Shown here one piece after another: positions 44,765 to 58,349 of a stretch of DNA of 64,000 bases. The number at the start of each line of letters is the position of its first letter. The stretch's first letter is position 1. Position numbers and translations under genes: made by a program. The notes beneath the pieces were generated by a model. The model had not been told where the DNA came from and ran no database searches. It worked only from the letters and a program-made list of their open reading frames with translations. This DNA comes from Felis catus (lineage: Eukaryota), in NCBI RefSeq assembly GCF_018350175.1, contig NC_058368.1:202866001-202930000 (forward strand), read 5' to 3'.

Positions 44765-47290
44765 GGTAGATGTGTGGTTAAAAGTTCTAGCTCCTATTTC
44801 TCAAATAAGAATCATTCTGAAGGGTCATTCCCTTCAGCCCTAAGGCTCCCTGAGGGATTGGTTATCTCTGCTGCAACTTCATGGAGGTTCATCTCCTTCT
44901 CAAGCTTGTGTCCCTCCCTTCCTTAAAGTTTTTTTGTCCAAGTGCACATATTAAAAAGCTTCCTGTGTATAAATCTCCATGCTGGGGGGAAAACAAAACA
45001 AAACAAAACAAAACAAAAGCACTTAAAAAAAACCCAAACCTGAAAGAGTTGGCAGTGAAAGTGTTCCTGAGAAGCAGACTCTAAAATCAGATTTTGAAAC
45101 TGCATCACCCTCTGGCCAGTTACTCATGGGTACTGTATTTGGAGTACTGCTATGACCTAGAATACTCTATTAGTGAAATTATTAAAACTTTTATTGGTGT
45201 TGAAATGAGATGCAATTGAATGCTTTGGTAGATAGCAGGTGATTGAGAAGGTTGATGGAAGTAGTCACTTTAAAGACTGTGGAGTTGGGTGGTTATTTAT
45301 GAGAATTGTTAAGTCATAGGAGAAAGACAAGCTCAGGCTGAAGGTGATCATTTTAAGATGAAAAATAAAAGGCAGGGGCCCTCTTTGGGAACATATTAAA
45401 AAAACACAAAACTCTGATCTCCTGCAGCTTGAAGACAGAAAAAAGAAGAAAAAAAGAAAAGAAAACTGAGGATCAGGCTCAAAACTTAATTATAAAAAAA
45501 TTTAAGGCTACCAGAGAAGGTTTATTTTTCAACCCTGCTCTGCCAAGTTCATGACACTGTTTGGGAATCAGTAGAACCCTGAGACTTGGAATGGAAATAT
45601 TTGGGTCATTGTGCTCAGAAATTTTGAATCTCTAGGTTCTCCGAAAGTCTCTAAGCCTGCAGAAGTTGTACACTCCCCTTTGATTGAAGATAATTGGAGA
45701 GCTCTGTCTTCCAAGACAACATGATCCAACCCACATGACTACCCTTGTCCCCACCCTCCAGTCTAGCATGCTAGGACTAGTAGGTTATGAACAACACAAC
45801 CTGAACAGAAAATTGCTGAGTTGGATAAGAAAGGAAAAGAAAGTATACACCAAAGACCTGCAGGATATAGCCAATATATACTGTCAGGTCCAGAGAGTAT
45901 GCATGGGTGCTAGATCAAGGGGGATGGGATATAAAATAGGATGAAGAAGAATTTATTAAAAAGGGATTGCTTTCTTATGATTCAAGATCTAATACCCAGG
46001 TAAAGACCTTGGGAGATATTGCTAACATATGCTAGAATGGTTTTTGGAAACTTGGAGAAAGTGGCAGCCCACAATGACTGATGAAGAAATGTCAGAATTG
46101 CCACTGAAGACAGTGGAGGAAAGTATCAAAGGCTCAGAGTGGGGTTGCTAGAGTATATGTGAGACTGGAAAAATAACCAGTTGACTATATTCCTCAGGGA
46201 GGCCCAGAGGATTGTCCATTTACCAAAAGCTGTAAGTTATGTGCTGGTGAGAGAATCACCAGCATCAATTGGTAAGTTCAGTAGTGAAGTCCTCTATAGA
46301 CCAGGGCTGAGAGCAGAAGACGCTTTGATAGAATTGGTAGACTTAATAGAATTAAGAATAATAGCCTCCTGAATTAATAGAGCCGGTCAGAAACCATTAG
46401 GGTGTAACCATTATAATAAGTGGCAAAGAAAACCGAGAACTGTGGAGAAGGATAATGAACACAGTGTACGTGATAGATGGGCTGCCATGAGAGTATAACT
46501 TAATTTACACAATCAAAGAAAATCAAAGATGGGTGGGTGGGAGGCTCAGGTATACTATCTCAATATCAGAATCTTTCACCTGTTTTTCATACTTAAGTCA
46601 GTTCTTAGATCTGAAACTCAACTGAAGGAGAGTCAGGATTCTAATGGGGGGTTCCATGTCAAGAGAAATCATGGCAAGTATGTATGATAATGATTTTCTT
46701 AAACTGTCTCCAAAAAATACCCATAGCCATTCTCTGGTACCAGTGGGCACAGAATTCTTGAGGACACTGATACCTAGGAACCTGAAGCATTATCATGAAT
46801 CCCTATAGAATAGGGGCCTGGTAGTAAATAGAATCCTGTATCAGGTCCAGCTTAGCACAATTCCATTGGGTCTACAGACCTATCCACTTGTCATTTTTTT
46901 GCTTTTTAGCTCCTGAATATATCACTGAAATGGCATATTTGTAGGTTGGTAAAACCCTGCATTACTTCACTGGCCTTTAGGGTAAGAGCTATATAATAAT
47001 GATGAAGGCCAAGTGGAAGTCTCTGAAATTGGCCCTCATGCCTATAAAACTCGGCCAAGAAAAGTTAAAGTAAAAAATATCTATCCCCAAAGGAATATCT
47101 CAGGAATCTCATGTTGGTTTTAAAGACCTAAAATACACACAGGTAGTGATCTCTATCATCATTTAGTTCACGATTCTAACCTCTACAAAAAAAGTAAAAT
47201 AAATTAAATAAGCAGTAGATTATCCTAAATTCTGCTGAGTAGTATCCCCAATATCTTTAATATGAATTCATATACCAGCAAAATTAATAT
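44765..47290 (+). mobile_element. Ancient ERVL-class LTR (LTR16-like) plus degraded internal sequence
   Basis: LTR-like end followed by GTTGGCAGTG; ERVL-like internal motif GAAGGCCAAGTGGAAG; no open frames. Confidence 0.55.
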
Positions 47291-47295
47291 GTCCA

Positions 47296-47508
47296 TTTTT
47301 TTTTCAACGTTTATTTATTTTTTGGGACAGAGAGAGACAGAGCATGAATGGGGGAGGGGCAGAGAGAGAGGGAGACACAGAATCGGAAACAGGCTCCAGG
47401 TTCTGAGCCGTCAGCCCAGAGCCTGACGCGGGGCTCGAACTCACGGACTGCAAGATCGTGACCTGGCTGAAGTCGGACGCTTAACCGACTGCGCCACCCA
47501 GGCGCCCC
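47296..47508 (-). mobile_element. Can-SINE (SINEC_Fc type)
   Basis: TSD AATATGTCCATTTTT. Confidence 0.95.
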
Positions 47509-48839
47509 AATATGTCCATTTTTATTGATCATATAATTTAGCTAGAGGTTGGGTTAAATAGTTGTGAAATTAATTTTTCAAGAACATCTTCTCACTTTTG
47601 GGGTTGAATTCTTTTAGAGGTTCATGATTGTATTCTTGCTTATCAATCTTAACACTTTTCTGCAATGTCTCATTTTTTCAGTTTTTACCTTTTACTATTT
47701 CTTTCATTTCCAGTATTTATTTACTCCCTTAGGTTCTTTTTCCTCATTCTACTCACTTGAAAATTTTTTTTTATCATCTCCTTTTCCATTTTAATTTCAG
47801 AAAAGCAAGTATTATAGACCACATGTGAAAATTGATGGACTATCAAAATAAATCAAGACATTATACTATAACTTCAGTGGTTAGGTATATTTTGATGACC
47901 ATTTAAAATATGATGGAAGCACCATTTCATATCACTTCTTGATATTTTGCAAACACCAAGTTTAACCTTATCCACTGTTGATATGTATGGCTAAGTATTC
48001 ATTCAACGGAAGCATTTGCTTTGTAAAGAGTAAATAATATTTTCTGTTTCCGATTTTGCCTTTGTGTTTGACATACAGTAAAATAACTTTACTCAATATT
48101 ACTTCATTTACCCTTTTTCTAAGTTAGGAAGAAAAAATACTTAATAATTTTTTTCTTTTTTCAACTAGGTGATAGTTTCATGGATTTTGTTACATTTCTA
48201 TTTTCTATGCCTTTTTGTGTGTCTGAACTATTTCATGAGCATAAAACAAATAAGTATGTTATCCAATGAAATTGCCTTTTTAACTCTGAAAATAGTAGAG
48301 GCACAAAGAATAGCTCAAAGATTGTTAAGTCATGCAAATAATGCTCAAGCTTGTATATGTGACATGCTTTAATTACTACGAATCTAGACCCCCTGAAGCT
48401 AAATAATTAAGGAGAATAAGAAGAGATTATAAGCATGTTAGAGACATATGAGTTCTTTTGCTGCTAGAGAAAAGCCTAAGTCTAACAAGATGAACCTGAG
48501 GAATCCAATTAAACTTTTAAAATCACAAATACAGTTCTGAATAAAATTGAAGATTTTTCTCTGACTACTAATGAGAAGACTTCTGAGTGGTTTTACCAAA
48601 AGGTTATTTGTTAATTAGAACCAAGTAGAATTATGTCTATGTGGTTCAGAAACAAAGTGAACTGCTGTTACATTAGTATGCATGCAAGAATATCAATTAC
48701 AGGAGCCACCGAGAAGCTTTCATTAGGTGATGACTGTAGATACATAAAATCTTGTATACAATTGATTTTATTGTAATGGAAGTATATCTCTTTAATAAAT
48801 TCAACGTAAAAATAATCTTTCCAAAGTAATATATCTTTG

Positions 48840-49200
48840 TCTAGCTTTACTGAGATATTACTGACAAATAAAATTATATACATTTAAGGTGTATGAGATG
48901 ATGATTTGATATACATTTATATTATAAAATCATTATCACAAAATTAGTTAATGCAAACTTTGCCTCATATAATTACTGTGTCTGTGTGTGTGTGTGTGTG
49001 TGTGGTGAGAACATTTAAGATCTACTCTCTAAGCAAATTTCAACTATACAATATAGCATTTTTAATTATAGTCACCACGCTGTACATTAGATTTCCAGAA
49101 AGTATTCATCTTGTAACTGGATGTTTGTACCCTTTGACCAACATCTCTTAATTTCCCCCATCCCCAACCACTGGCAACTAGCATTCTACTCTGTTTCCAC
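48840..49200 (-). mobile_element. L1MA-like 3' end
   Basis: Antisense L1 3' UTR motifs (GGTGAGAACATTTAAGATCTACTCTC). Confidence 0.75.
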
Positions 49201-49517
49201 TTTTTTCCTTGCATGCAAATTTAATGACCACCTGCAAAATATATGGTTAATTTTGTTGTAAAGTAAATATTATAAGAAAACATGCTATTATTTGCCTATC
49301 ATATAAAGTAAAATTCTAATTGCAGCATGGTCCTTGTCTTGGCAACATCCATGTATTTTGATATCTAATAATTTTTTACTTTTTTTTATTGTAGCATGTG
49401 TAGCAAACCCTGAAACACAGAGGTATATAGTAATAATATAGAACCAGAATTCCCACTGACACATAAGAATAGGCTTGTGTCAAGAATTATAATTCTTGTT
49501 AGAAAATTTTTTTAAAA

Positions 49518-49740
49518 GGGGGCACTTGGGTGGCTTGGCTGGGTAAGCTTCCGACTTCAGCTCAGGTCATGATCTCACAGTTCCTGGGTTTGAGCCCCAC
49601 ATCAGGCTCTGTGCTGACAGCTCAGAGCCTGGAGCCTGCATCAGATTCTGTGTCTCCCTTTCCCTCTCTCTGCCCCTCCCCCCCTCACACTCTGTTTTTC
49701 TCTGTCTCAAAAATAAAGAAACATTAAAAATTTCAAAAAA
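49518..49740 (+). mobile_element. Can-SINE
   Basis: Head, (CT)n, A-tail. Confidence 0.9.
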
Positions 49741-49911
49741 GAATTATAATTTTTGAGGACTCTTCAAAATTAATTCAAATTGTATCATTTAATTTGTTAC
49801 AACAGTGCAATCATCCTTGGAAGTGTGTCTATCGCTGAGCGAGTTTTGTAAGTAGGATAATGTCATGGACTAAATTGTGCTCTCCAAAGTCACAGTTGGA
49901 AGCTTAGCCCC

Positions 49912-50466
49912 AAGTTTACCCTTGAACAACACAGGTTTGAACTGCATGGGTCCACTTATATGTGGATTTTTTTCAATAAATATAGTACAGCCCTGTAAAT
50001 GCATTTTCTCTTATGATTTTCTTAATATTTTCATGTCTCTAGCTTACTCTATCATAAGAATACAGTATATATTACATATAAAATACAAAATATGTGTTAA
50101 TTGACTGTTAATGTTATCAGTAAGGCTTCCAATCCATAGTATGTTATCAGTAGTTAAGTTTTTGGAGAGTCAAAAGTTATAAATGGAGGGGGTGGCACCT
50201 GGATGGCTCAGTCAGTTAAGCGTCTGACTCTTGATTTTGGCTCAACCAACTCATGATCCCACGGTTGTGGGATCAAGCCCCATGTCGGGCTCTGTGCTGA
50301 CTGTGCAGAGCCTGCTTGGGATTCTCTCTCCCTCTCTCCCTGCCCCTCCCCTGTTCTCTCTCCTTCTCAAAATATATAAATAAACATTAAAAAGAAAGTT
50401 ATACATGTTTTTTCAATGGTGCAGGGATCCGTGCTTGTAATATCCGAGTTGTTCAAGGGTCAACTG
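49912..50466 (+). mobile_element. Tigger2a-like non-autonomous DNA transposon with nested SINE
   Basis: TIRs ACCCTTGAACAAC / GTTGTTCAAGGGTCAACTG followed by TA. Confidence 0.8.
50188..50393 (+). mobile_element. Can-SINE
   Basis: TSD AAAGTTATA(A/C)ATG. Confidence 0.9.
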
Positions 50467-50879
50467 TATTTGGAGACAGCAGCTTTAAAGAATTAATTAA
50501 GGTTAAATCAGTTCATAAGGGTGGGACCCTCATTCAATAGGACTGATGTACTTGTAGGAAGAGAAAAACACACCAGGAGTGTGCATATACAGAAAGACCA
50601 TTTGAGGACAGAGTGAGCAGGAAGCCAGCTACAAACCAGGAAGAGAGGTCTTACCAGAAACTAACCCTGAGAGCACCTTGATTTTTGACTTCCAACGCAA
50701 AGAATTGTGGAGAAAATAAATTTCTGTTGTATAAACCACCAGTCTGTGTGTGGTGTTCTGTTATGGCAGCATGAGTAGACTAATACAGATTTGAATTAAA
50801 AATATATTTTATGTTAATTTCTTAATGAAAGTAAGATTAAAGAGATTTGCTTTTCCTTGGTGTCTAAGGATTCTTATCT

Positions 50880-52975
50880 ATTGGGAAATTGAAAGGCTTT
50901 ATAATTGCAGATTCTCATCCAAGCAGGTCCTACATCAGCATTAAAACCCCTCAAGGATGTATTCAAAAGGCCCACTTCAAATCTTCTTTGATCCCAGCAT
51001 CATGGTCAAAGAACTTCTAGTTTTTCAGCATGATTCACTTTGATCAAAAGATTCACCCTATTGAAATAGATGAAAATATTTGCAAAATTCCATATGTGAA
51101 ATTGTTTTAATAGAGATTTTCACAAAATGTGAAGATTCTTTTCTAAGTTCAATACTATTCCTTAAGATTGGCCCTTGAGAATGAGAGTGAACTTATTGAT
51201 AGAGCTTCATAAGCTGCATCGATTTTTGACAATACCCTTTAAAAAGGCAGTGATTTAAGCCCCTTGTGCGGATGAACTTGATAAATTTCATGACAGTTGA
51301 CTACATTTCTTTCAGATATTTTTGGCTGTGTTTTTAATGCTAATGCATGGCAATATAGAACACAGTAAAACTAGATGTGTTGCCAAGCACTAGAAGTACT
51401 TCATCTGTATAAAGAGTTTCCAAATTTTTGCTCAAGTAAAAGTTTAACATTGCAAATAAATTCTTCACCATTACAATGAGGTTGTAACTCTTGCAGCCTT
51501 TAAAAGGGGCTCCCAAACAGGGAATCCTTTTGGACAGCATTATGGTAAACATGGTAGATAAATATTAGCATCTGACTAACCTGAAAGACTACCTACATTG
51601 ATGTTCATAAAAATCAAAAGTGAATGACATAAGCTTCCTATTTCTGTAGCCATTATATAACTGGCCTGTTTCAATGGATTATACAAATATATTATCAGTT
51701 CTAGAAGGAATGATGTCGTTTGGTTGCAGTATTGCTTTAATGATTTTTCTCTGCTTTAAGCCATAAACCAGATGGACCATTTAGAAGGTGTATATGGCTT
51801 TACCACAAATCTACATTCACTCGAAATAATGTTCAAGGTGTTGATATGGCAATGATCTGTAATGATTGTAGCCTCTTCTACAAATTTACCTATTTAAAAC
51901 ATATATTAAGTTATCAAAAAATTGGGTACTAATAAATAGATTGGGATTTTATTTTAAAAAAGACTTCCCTAGAGATCTTACCTTGAGTCATAGTGGGGAC
52001 TGGCCAAATAAAGAAAACACATCTGTAGTTCAGCCACTGCCATTGTCAGGGAGGGGAAAATTCTTCCACCACCCCTCTTGATTCTTTCGGCTGGTCTAAT
52101 AATTAAATTGACATAAAACAGATTAACAGAAAAAAAATGAATTTTGTATGCAATGAAGTCTCTTAGATATGTGATCCAAGAAGTGACCAAAATGCTTATA
52201 TATCTTTTAGATAAAGAAATAATACATTTGTGGAGAACTGACAGGAAAAAGACATTTAAACTCGGGAGCTAATTAGTGAAGAAACTAAGAGGAACTTGTT
52301 TACGGAGACTTGGCCCTGGACTTTCTATCCCTCATGATAAAGATATCTCTCTACTTCCTAGTGTAGGGAGGATACATTTCACAAGGGAGGTTTTTTACCT
52401 GCTTTAAGGAGGACAGAGAGGAGGGTCAGAGTGTCCTGCTTACACTGTTTTATAAATTAACTTTAATTTAAAATAATCAATATGCCACTTTGGCATATTT
52501 TGAAGCATCCTGCCCTAAGCTCCATCACGGTCATCTAAACAGATCTGCTATTTTACTTTACATCATTTTTGATGTTGGCTAAAATTAAAGCATGGAAACG
52601 AAAGAAGCATACTTGTGTCCTTTGGTGTTCTTCTCAGAGAAATCATTCTCAACACCCATACCATCTTTCCTTCTTCAACTGTCTTAAATTTTGAGGTCAT
52701 CAGATACCCCTTCACACTGAAGGGGTTTACCCAACAACTCCACACATTAATATTAACCTTATTAAATAGCTTTGTTCTTTTTCAGGAAGAAATAATCTTT
52801 GTGAATATCAAATATGTGACACAAATTCCAATCATCAGATACGATGTTCTAAATGTTACTTTATCCTCTTCAATAATGGCATTAACAAATTCGTATTAGA
52901 TAAAAGTAGATTTTATTCATTGTATGACTCATAGAAGACATTCTCAATCTCATTCTCTTTGCCCCAATAATATGG
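50880..52975 (-). pseudogene. hAT-Charlie/Buster-type transposase relic (boundaries approximate)
   Basis: Minus-strand peptides YCVLYCHALALKT (51329-51367) and LKEM*STVMKFIKFIRTRGLNHCLFK (51238-51315) resemble the hAT CxxH region and following helix. Confidence 0.65.
52044..52527 (-). mobile_element. Solo LTR related to 28907-29385
   Basis: TG...CA termini; shared blocks AATTAAA(C/T)TGACA and CATATTTT. Confidence 0.7.
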
Positions 52976-52997
52976 GTTAAAATATATATAGCACACT

Positions 52998-53208
52998 CTT
53001 TTTAAAAAATTTTTAATGTTTATAAATTTTTAAGAGACAGAGTGAGAGTGGGACAGGGGCAGAGAGAGAGGGAGACATAGAATCCAAAGCAGGTGACAGG
53101 CTCCGAGCTGTCAGCACAGAGTCCAACATGGGGCTTGAACTCACAAACTGTGAGTTCAGGACCTAAGTTAAAGTCAGACAGTTAACTGACTAAGCCACGC
53201 AGGTGTCC
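52998..53208 (-). mobile_element. Can-SINE
   Basis: Antisense SINE; flanks AGCACA(C/T)TCTT. Confidence 0.9.
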
Positions 53209-53432
53209 CAGCACATTCTTAATAAATGCTTCCAAATTATAGGCCATAGCATGATTTGTAGATTTATTAATAAGTAAAAAGTTTTACTGTGATGTTTATG
53301 ATGGGTCTATTAGAAATGTAACCTTGATGGGGAAGAGAGGAGAAGGGAAATTTGATAACTTTTCTCTATTCAGTTGCCAAAAGGAAGTTGAAAGCAGCTC
53401 AAAAATCAGTAAGAATAATAAACACATATTAA

Positions 53433-53652
53433 TTTTTTTCAAAAATTTTTAATGTTTATTCATTTTTGAGAGACACCGAGAGACAGAGCGTGAATGGGGG
53501 AAGAGCAGAGCGAGAGGAAGACACAGAATCGGAAGCAGGCTCCAGGCTCTGAGCTTCAGCACAGAGCCCAATGTGGGTCTCAAACTCACCAACCATGAGA
53601 TCATGACCTGAGCCAGTCAGATGCTTAACCAACTGAGCCACCCAGGCGCCCC
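53433..53652 (-). mobile_element. Can-SINE
   Basis: Antisense head CCCAGGCGCCCC. Confidence 0.92.
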
Positions 53653-54213
53653 TAAACATATTATTTTTATTTGTTGTCTTCTTCCCACAGTATTAAGTGC
53701 AAAGAGCTGAATAAGTTCTTTTTGAATGAATGAATAAATAAATAAAAGAAAATGTTTGTATAGCCATTTTCATTAGAATGTAAGAACAATTCTATAATTA
53801 TATAGGTTTGCTAGTTATTTATACTGCATTTGTACTTGGAAAGATATCACTTTTACTCTGCTGGTCAGATGTCCTAGAATGAAATGCTCATGCATCATAC
53901 CCAGACGTAAATATTCCATACTAAGGCAAGGGGCTACAAAACCTATGTAATTACATATTTTCCACTTTTGCTATTTTCTTCTCATTTTATTGTAACCAAC
54001 TTCATACTAATTGTTGCTTTCATGTGCTAAATGGAAAATATATTATCATGAGGTACTCTTTTTTGCTAAAGATTTAGATTCCTCCTTCCAGTGGAGTTTG
54101 AAGTATGAAGAATAACTAGCAATTAAGGATTCCAATTCTTCTAAAATCGTGCTTTTTAACTTGGGGTCAACTGTCCTGCTGGAGAGAGATCCATGGGAAT
54201 TTTAAGAAAATTT

Positions 54214-54440
54214 GGGGCGCCTGGGTGGCGCAGTCGGTTAAGTGTCCGACTTCAGTCAGGTCACGATCTCGCGGTCCGTGAGTTCGAGCCCCGCGTCAGG
54301 CTCTGGGCTGATGGCTCAGAGCTTGGAGCCTGTTTCCGATTCTGTGTCTCCCTCTCTCTCTGCCCCTCCCCCGTTCATGCTCTGTCTCTCTCTGTCCCAA
54401 AAATAAATAAACGTTGAAAAAAAAAATTAAAAAAAAAAAA
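54214..54440 (+). mobile_element. Can-SINE (SINEC_Fc type)
   Basis: TSD AAGAAAATTT. Confidence 0.95.
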
Positions 54441-55752
54441 GAAAATTTAAGTACATTTGTTTATATTTTCTTCTAAAGAGAGAATCTAAAACATTTCTTA
54501 GACTCTTAAAGGGTGTCAGGCTCCCAAAATGTCCAATATACACTACCTATTTCCAGGTTACCAAGTGGGATTAAGGTTAACCTTTTTAGAGATCTACATA
54601 AGTGGTATTAACACAGTGAAGATAATCAAATCCACACATTATAACATTCAATGGATTAAATCATACCAGGGTATTGAACAAGGTATATTCCATAGACATT
54701 CCTGACTTCTTTCTCAGTTCCAGAGAGGAAGAAATATGTGGAATTTCAGGTTGTTTCTTCCACTGATAGATTTAAGGGTGAGTCAAAATAGCTATCACAA
54801 TGATCCTTTGGAACGTTGATTAAGAAGAAAGACTAACAAGTTGTGACTCTTGGTTTACTCTTTCACTATACTTCTTTCTCCCCAAATTGTGAATGACCTA
54901 TAGCCACTGGTGTTTGAAAAGTGCCAAAATGAAACTCTAATAAAGTAGAGAAATATTTCTATTTAGGGCCATCTTTGTGACATCTTAGGAAAATCTTCTA
55001 ACACTCTTATATTTTTAAAGGGCAAGTAGTGAGTTATAATTATGCTTGTTGAACTGGATTATATCTCCTTCAATGGTACACCATAGATAATATTCTGCAG
55101 ATAAAAAAAAAGAAAAGAAAAAAGTTGAAGAACACTGCTGCTGCATTTAATTGAAGCATAACTGGCCAGGAATTCTAAAGGGTAATAATCATATTGGATT
55201 TGTTGGAAGCATGATCTTCCTAACTCTGCCCAGCATGTAACCAATTCTCACTTTTAACGTTACAAATGCATCAGCATCAAGTTGTGCAGTGAAATAAACT
55301 TAACACTTGGGAAGTCAGTTCCACTTAAGGCAGAAAATATTCTTTTAAACCCCTTATTTTGACTTTCTCTACAGGTAAAGTATACAGGCATGTGTATATT
55401 CGGGTTTCTTTGCTTACTAATGCTAGAAGAATATAAAGATGAGCACGGTTGCTCTTAAGATGACATGATTAAAAAAGGGATATAGTATCATAAAGTACAA
55501 ACATACTATGTGATAGAAAGCAAAGAGACAAGTTTATGGTAAAACCACAGGCTACATTCAAAAGCAGCAATTGTGAGCAGTATTATTAGATTTGGTGAAA
55601 GATAAAATGGAAAAGTCTTCAAGAAAGAGGAAACACCTGGCTTGCATCTTGAGGAATAAGTAGGATACCAATAAATGTCTCCATTTAAAACAAAAATTTG
55701 AGGGCAAGTATAACAAAAATGGCGTCAGCAGCTTAAAAATAAACACTAAATA

Positions 55753-55878
55753 AAAGAGTGTGCTTATACTAGGCACTGAGTAATGTACAGAATTGTCAAA
55801 TCACTGTATTATACTCCTGAAACTAATATAACACTGTATGTTAACTATACTGGAATTAAAATAAAATAATTTAATAAA
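55753..55878 (+). mobile_element. Very short carnivore L1 3' end
   Basis: CCTGAAACTAATATAACACTGTATGTTAAC plus A-tail; flanks AAAATA(A/G)ACACTAAATA. Confidence 0.75.
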
Positions 55879-58097
55879 AAAATAGACACTAAATAGGAAA
55901 AAGATCTAGTATAAAAATGTACATCCTGTGCAATGATGGGTTATGGACACGAAATACACTATGTCTCACAAACACTATTGGCCTGAACTACAGCCCCGGC
56001 TTGTAGGGTATTACATTATAGAAAATTCCCTGGGATCTTAAATTGAAATCTGGAACTATGAGGTGTTCTCACAGTCCACCATCTGGTGGCATGTCCAGGT
56101 ATTAGCTGCTAGGCTGGCTGCTGGAACTGTCACAACCTCATAAGGCCAAGTATCTTTGTTAAATCGTGGGGAAAGTATTTCTGAACTGAAGGCATATAAG
56201 ATATGTTAAGAACTGAACTGAGATATGTTAAGAAGACATCTGTTTGTTGTGAATATAAGCAAATTAAAAAGCAAGACTAAAGAGTGAACTCCTTGTTATC
56301 CTGCTGGGCAAGAAACAACAAACAGGCAAGCTGCCGTGTGTTTGTGTGTGTGTGTGTGTCTGAGCATGCGTGCACGCGCGCGTTTGGGGTAGGAGTGTAT
56401 TTCAATGTCCGAAGGGAATTTTTTTGCTTACTATTCTTCTCTTATTTCTTCTTTTTTTTTTTTCCCAGTATACATAGTTTCACTTTTATAATGATCTCTA
56501 CAGCTTCATCTAGCACTGGGGAAGTTTAGAATATGAAGTTCAGAGATGGCATCAGATGCCATGATATCAAATGCTTTGTGTTACTGCAAAGTGAGAAGAA
56601 GATCAAACGGTAGGAATTAATATTTCCTTAGGGTCAGAGAGATCAGGATTTTTTTTTCTAAAGCATTCAGTTAGAAAGAGCCCAGGTCTTAATTTGAACA
56701 TGCTCAGTTTGAGTTTGCATCCCAGGGTCTTTACACTCTCAGGATGTCTGCACTACACAGGCTCAGGGGAAAGGGAATGACAGGAGGGGTAATAGCACAT
56801 GAAAAGGCAGAGAACCTCATAAGACTTTGAATGGGAGTCAATGTTGTTTGAGAGTAAGTGGAAAGTGGTGATAAAATTCGTTGAATCCAGAATGTAAGTG
56901 ACTCTACTTGCGGAACTGAAACAATTTTAGACTTTTGTCTTGTAGTCATAAAAGTTTATTAATTGTTACTCATAGGCACGATTAGATTTGTATTTCAGCA
57001 GTATCACTCCAACGGCAGCTTCAGGTATAGATTAGCCTGGACAGAGGAGGCTAGGTGACAGGTGAAGGAAATAATGTAGGTTGGAGACACAATGCAAATT
57101 TAGGAGATACCAGCATCATGAAAAGGAAAGAATTACTTTGAATGACATTTTGTAGGTAACACTAAGAGATTTGGTTTCTAATTTGTTACTTGAGGGCAGG
57201 AGTAGATTTAATAGGATGCCAAAGTTTATAGCTTGGGTGATTGGAGAGACAATGATGCCATTACTGAAACTGCAAACCCAGTGGAAAGAAAAGAAGACTG
57301 GGGGAGGACCGTGATGGATTAATTTCATTTTAGATACCTTGACTTAAATGTGTTCATGAAAATTCCAGTAGAAGATAGCCAAAAGGCAGTTGACAATTTC
57401 AGTGGCTTAATATAATAGTTTTCTTCTTCTTGATGTGAATTTCAGAATAGAATTTCTGATCAATGTTGCAGGTATCTTTCAAGTAATAATGGAAATAATC
57501 GGGCTTATGCCACATTGTTTTAACCATGGTTGCCAAAGTCACTGAGTTCGCCTGCATCATCTCTGCATCGAGGGAAAAGAGGGAAAGATCAGCTTGTGAG
57601 GTTATCATGGCTTCCGCCTGGAGATAGCTCAATAGTGCATACCACTTCCACTCACATTTGCTCGGCACGCTTCTGTGCTCCCCAGTGGCAGCAACATCAG
57701 TTACTGAGAAGACGGCCACAGAGAAATCTTATTTTCACTACAGACATTTTCCCAGGAAGTAAAGGAGTGTCTTTCAGGAAAGCCTTGACTTTATCACACC
57801 TTGTTTTCAGAGATGCAGCCCAGGGTGTGAGCTGCCAGCTGAGCATATCCTCGGGTTCAAAAAAGTGAGTGTCCTTGTGGGAAGCCACTGACTTCCTGGA
57901 AACAATGGGGAGGCGCCCACAGAACATTTCTGTCTCTACTCTGTGATGAAAAGGGACTGGCTGTGGAATAAGCAGAGTTGTGATGCAAGGCCATTAATTG
58001 ATTTCACTCCCTCTTCTGTTTCTCTTCCTCAGTAAAGCCCTCATGACTAATTTTCTCTTGTTACCATATAGGGAAAAGAGGGTGAAGCCCTTTCTTT

Positions 58098-58349
58098 CTT
58101 TTTTGGGGGGGGTAGTTTAATTTCTTTTTTTCTCTTTTATTAAATTTTTTGAATAATATACATCCAAATTAGTTAGCATATGGTGCAACAATGATTTCAG
58201 GAGTAGATTCCTTAGTGCCCATTTAGCCCATCCCCCCTCCCACAACCCCTCTGTTTGTTCTCCATATTTATGAGTCTCTTCTATTTTGTCCCCCTCCCTG
58301 TTTTTATATTATTTTTGTTTCCCTTCCCTTATGTTCATCTGTTTTGTCT
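58098..58349 (-). mobile_element. Short carnivore L1 3' end
   Basis: 15-bp TSD TGAAGCCCTTTCTTT. Confidence 0.85.

Larger units (their letters stand above)
49861..50787 (+). mobile_element. MLT1-like MaLR LTR hosting a Tigger element
   Basis: TGTCATGGACTAAATTGTG start; AATAAATTTCTGTTG...GACTAATACA end. Confidence 0.8.

Noticed and set aside
54718..54777. Possible short exon (TTTCTCAG ... AGG|GTGAGT)
   Set aside because: Isolated splice-like signals only, with no coding support.
57811..57864. Possible 54-nt host exon (TTGTTTTCAG ... AAA|GTGAGT)
   Set aside because: Good splice signals occur by chance in 64 kb; no recognisable peptide or partner exons. Needs RNA-seq or conservation.
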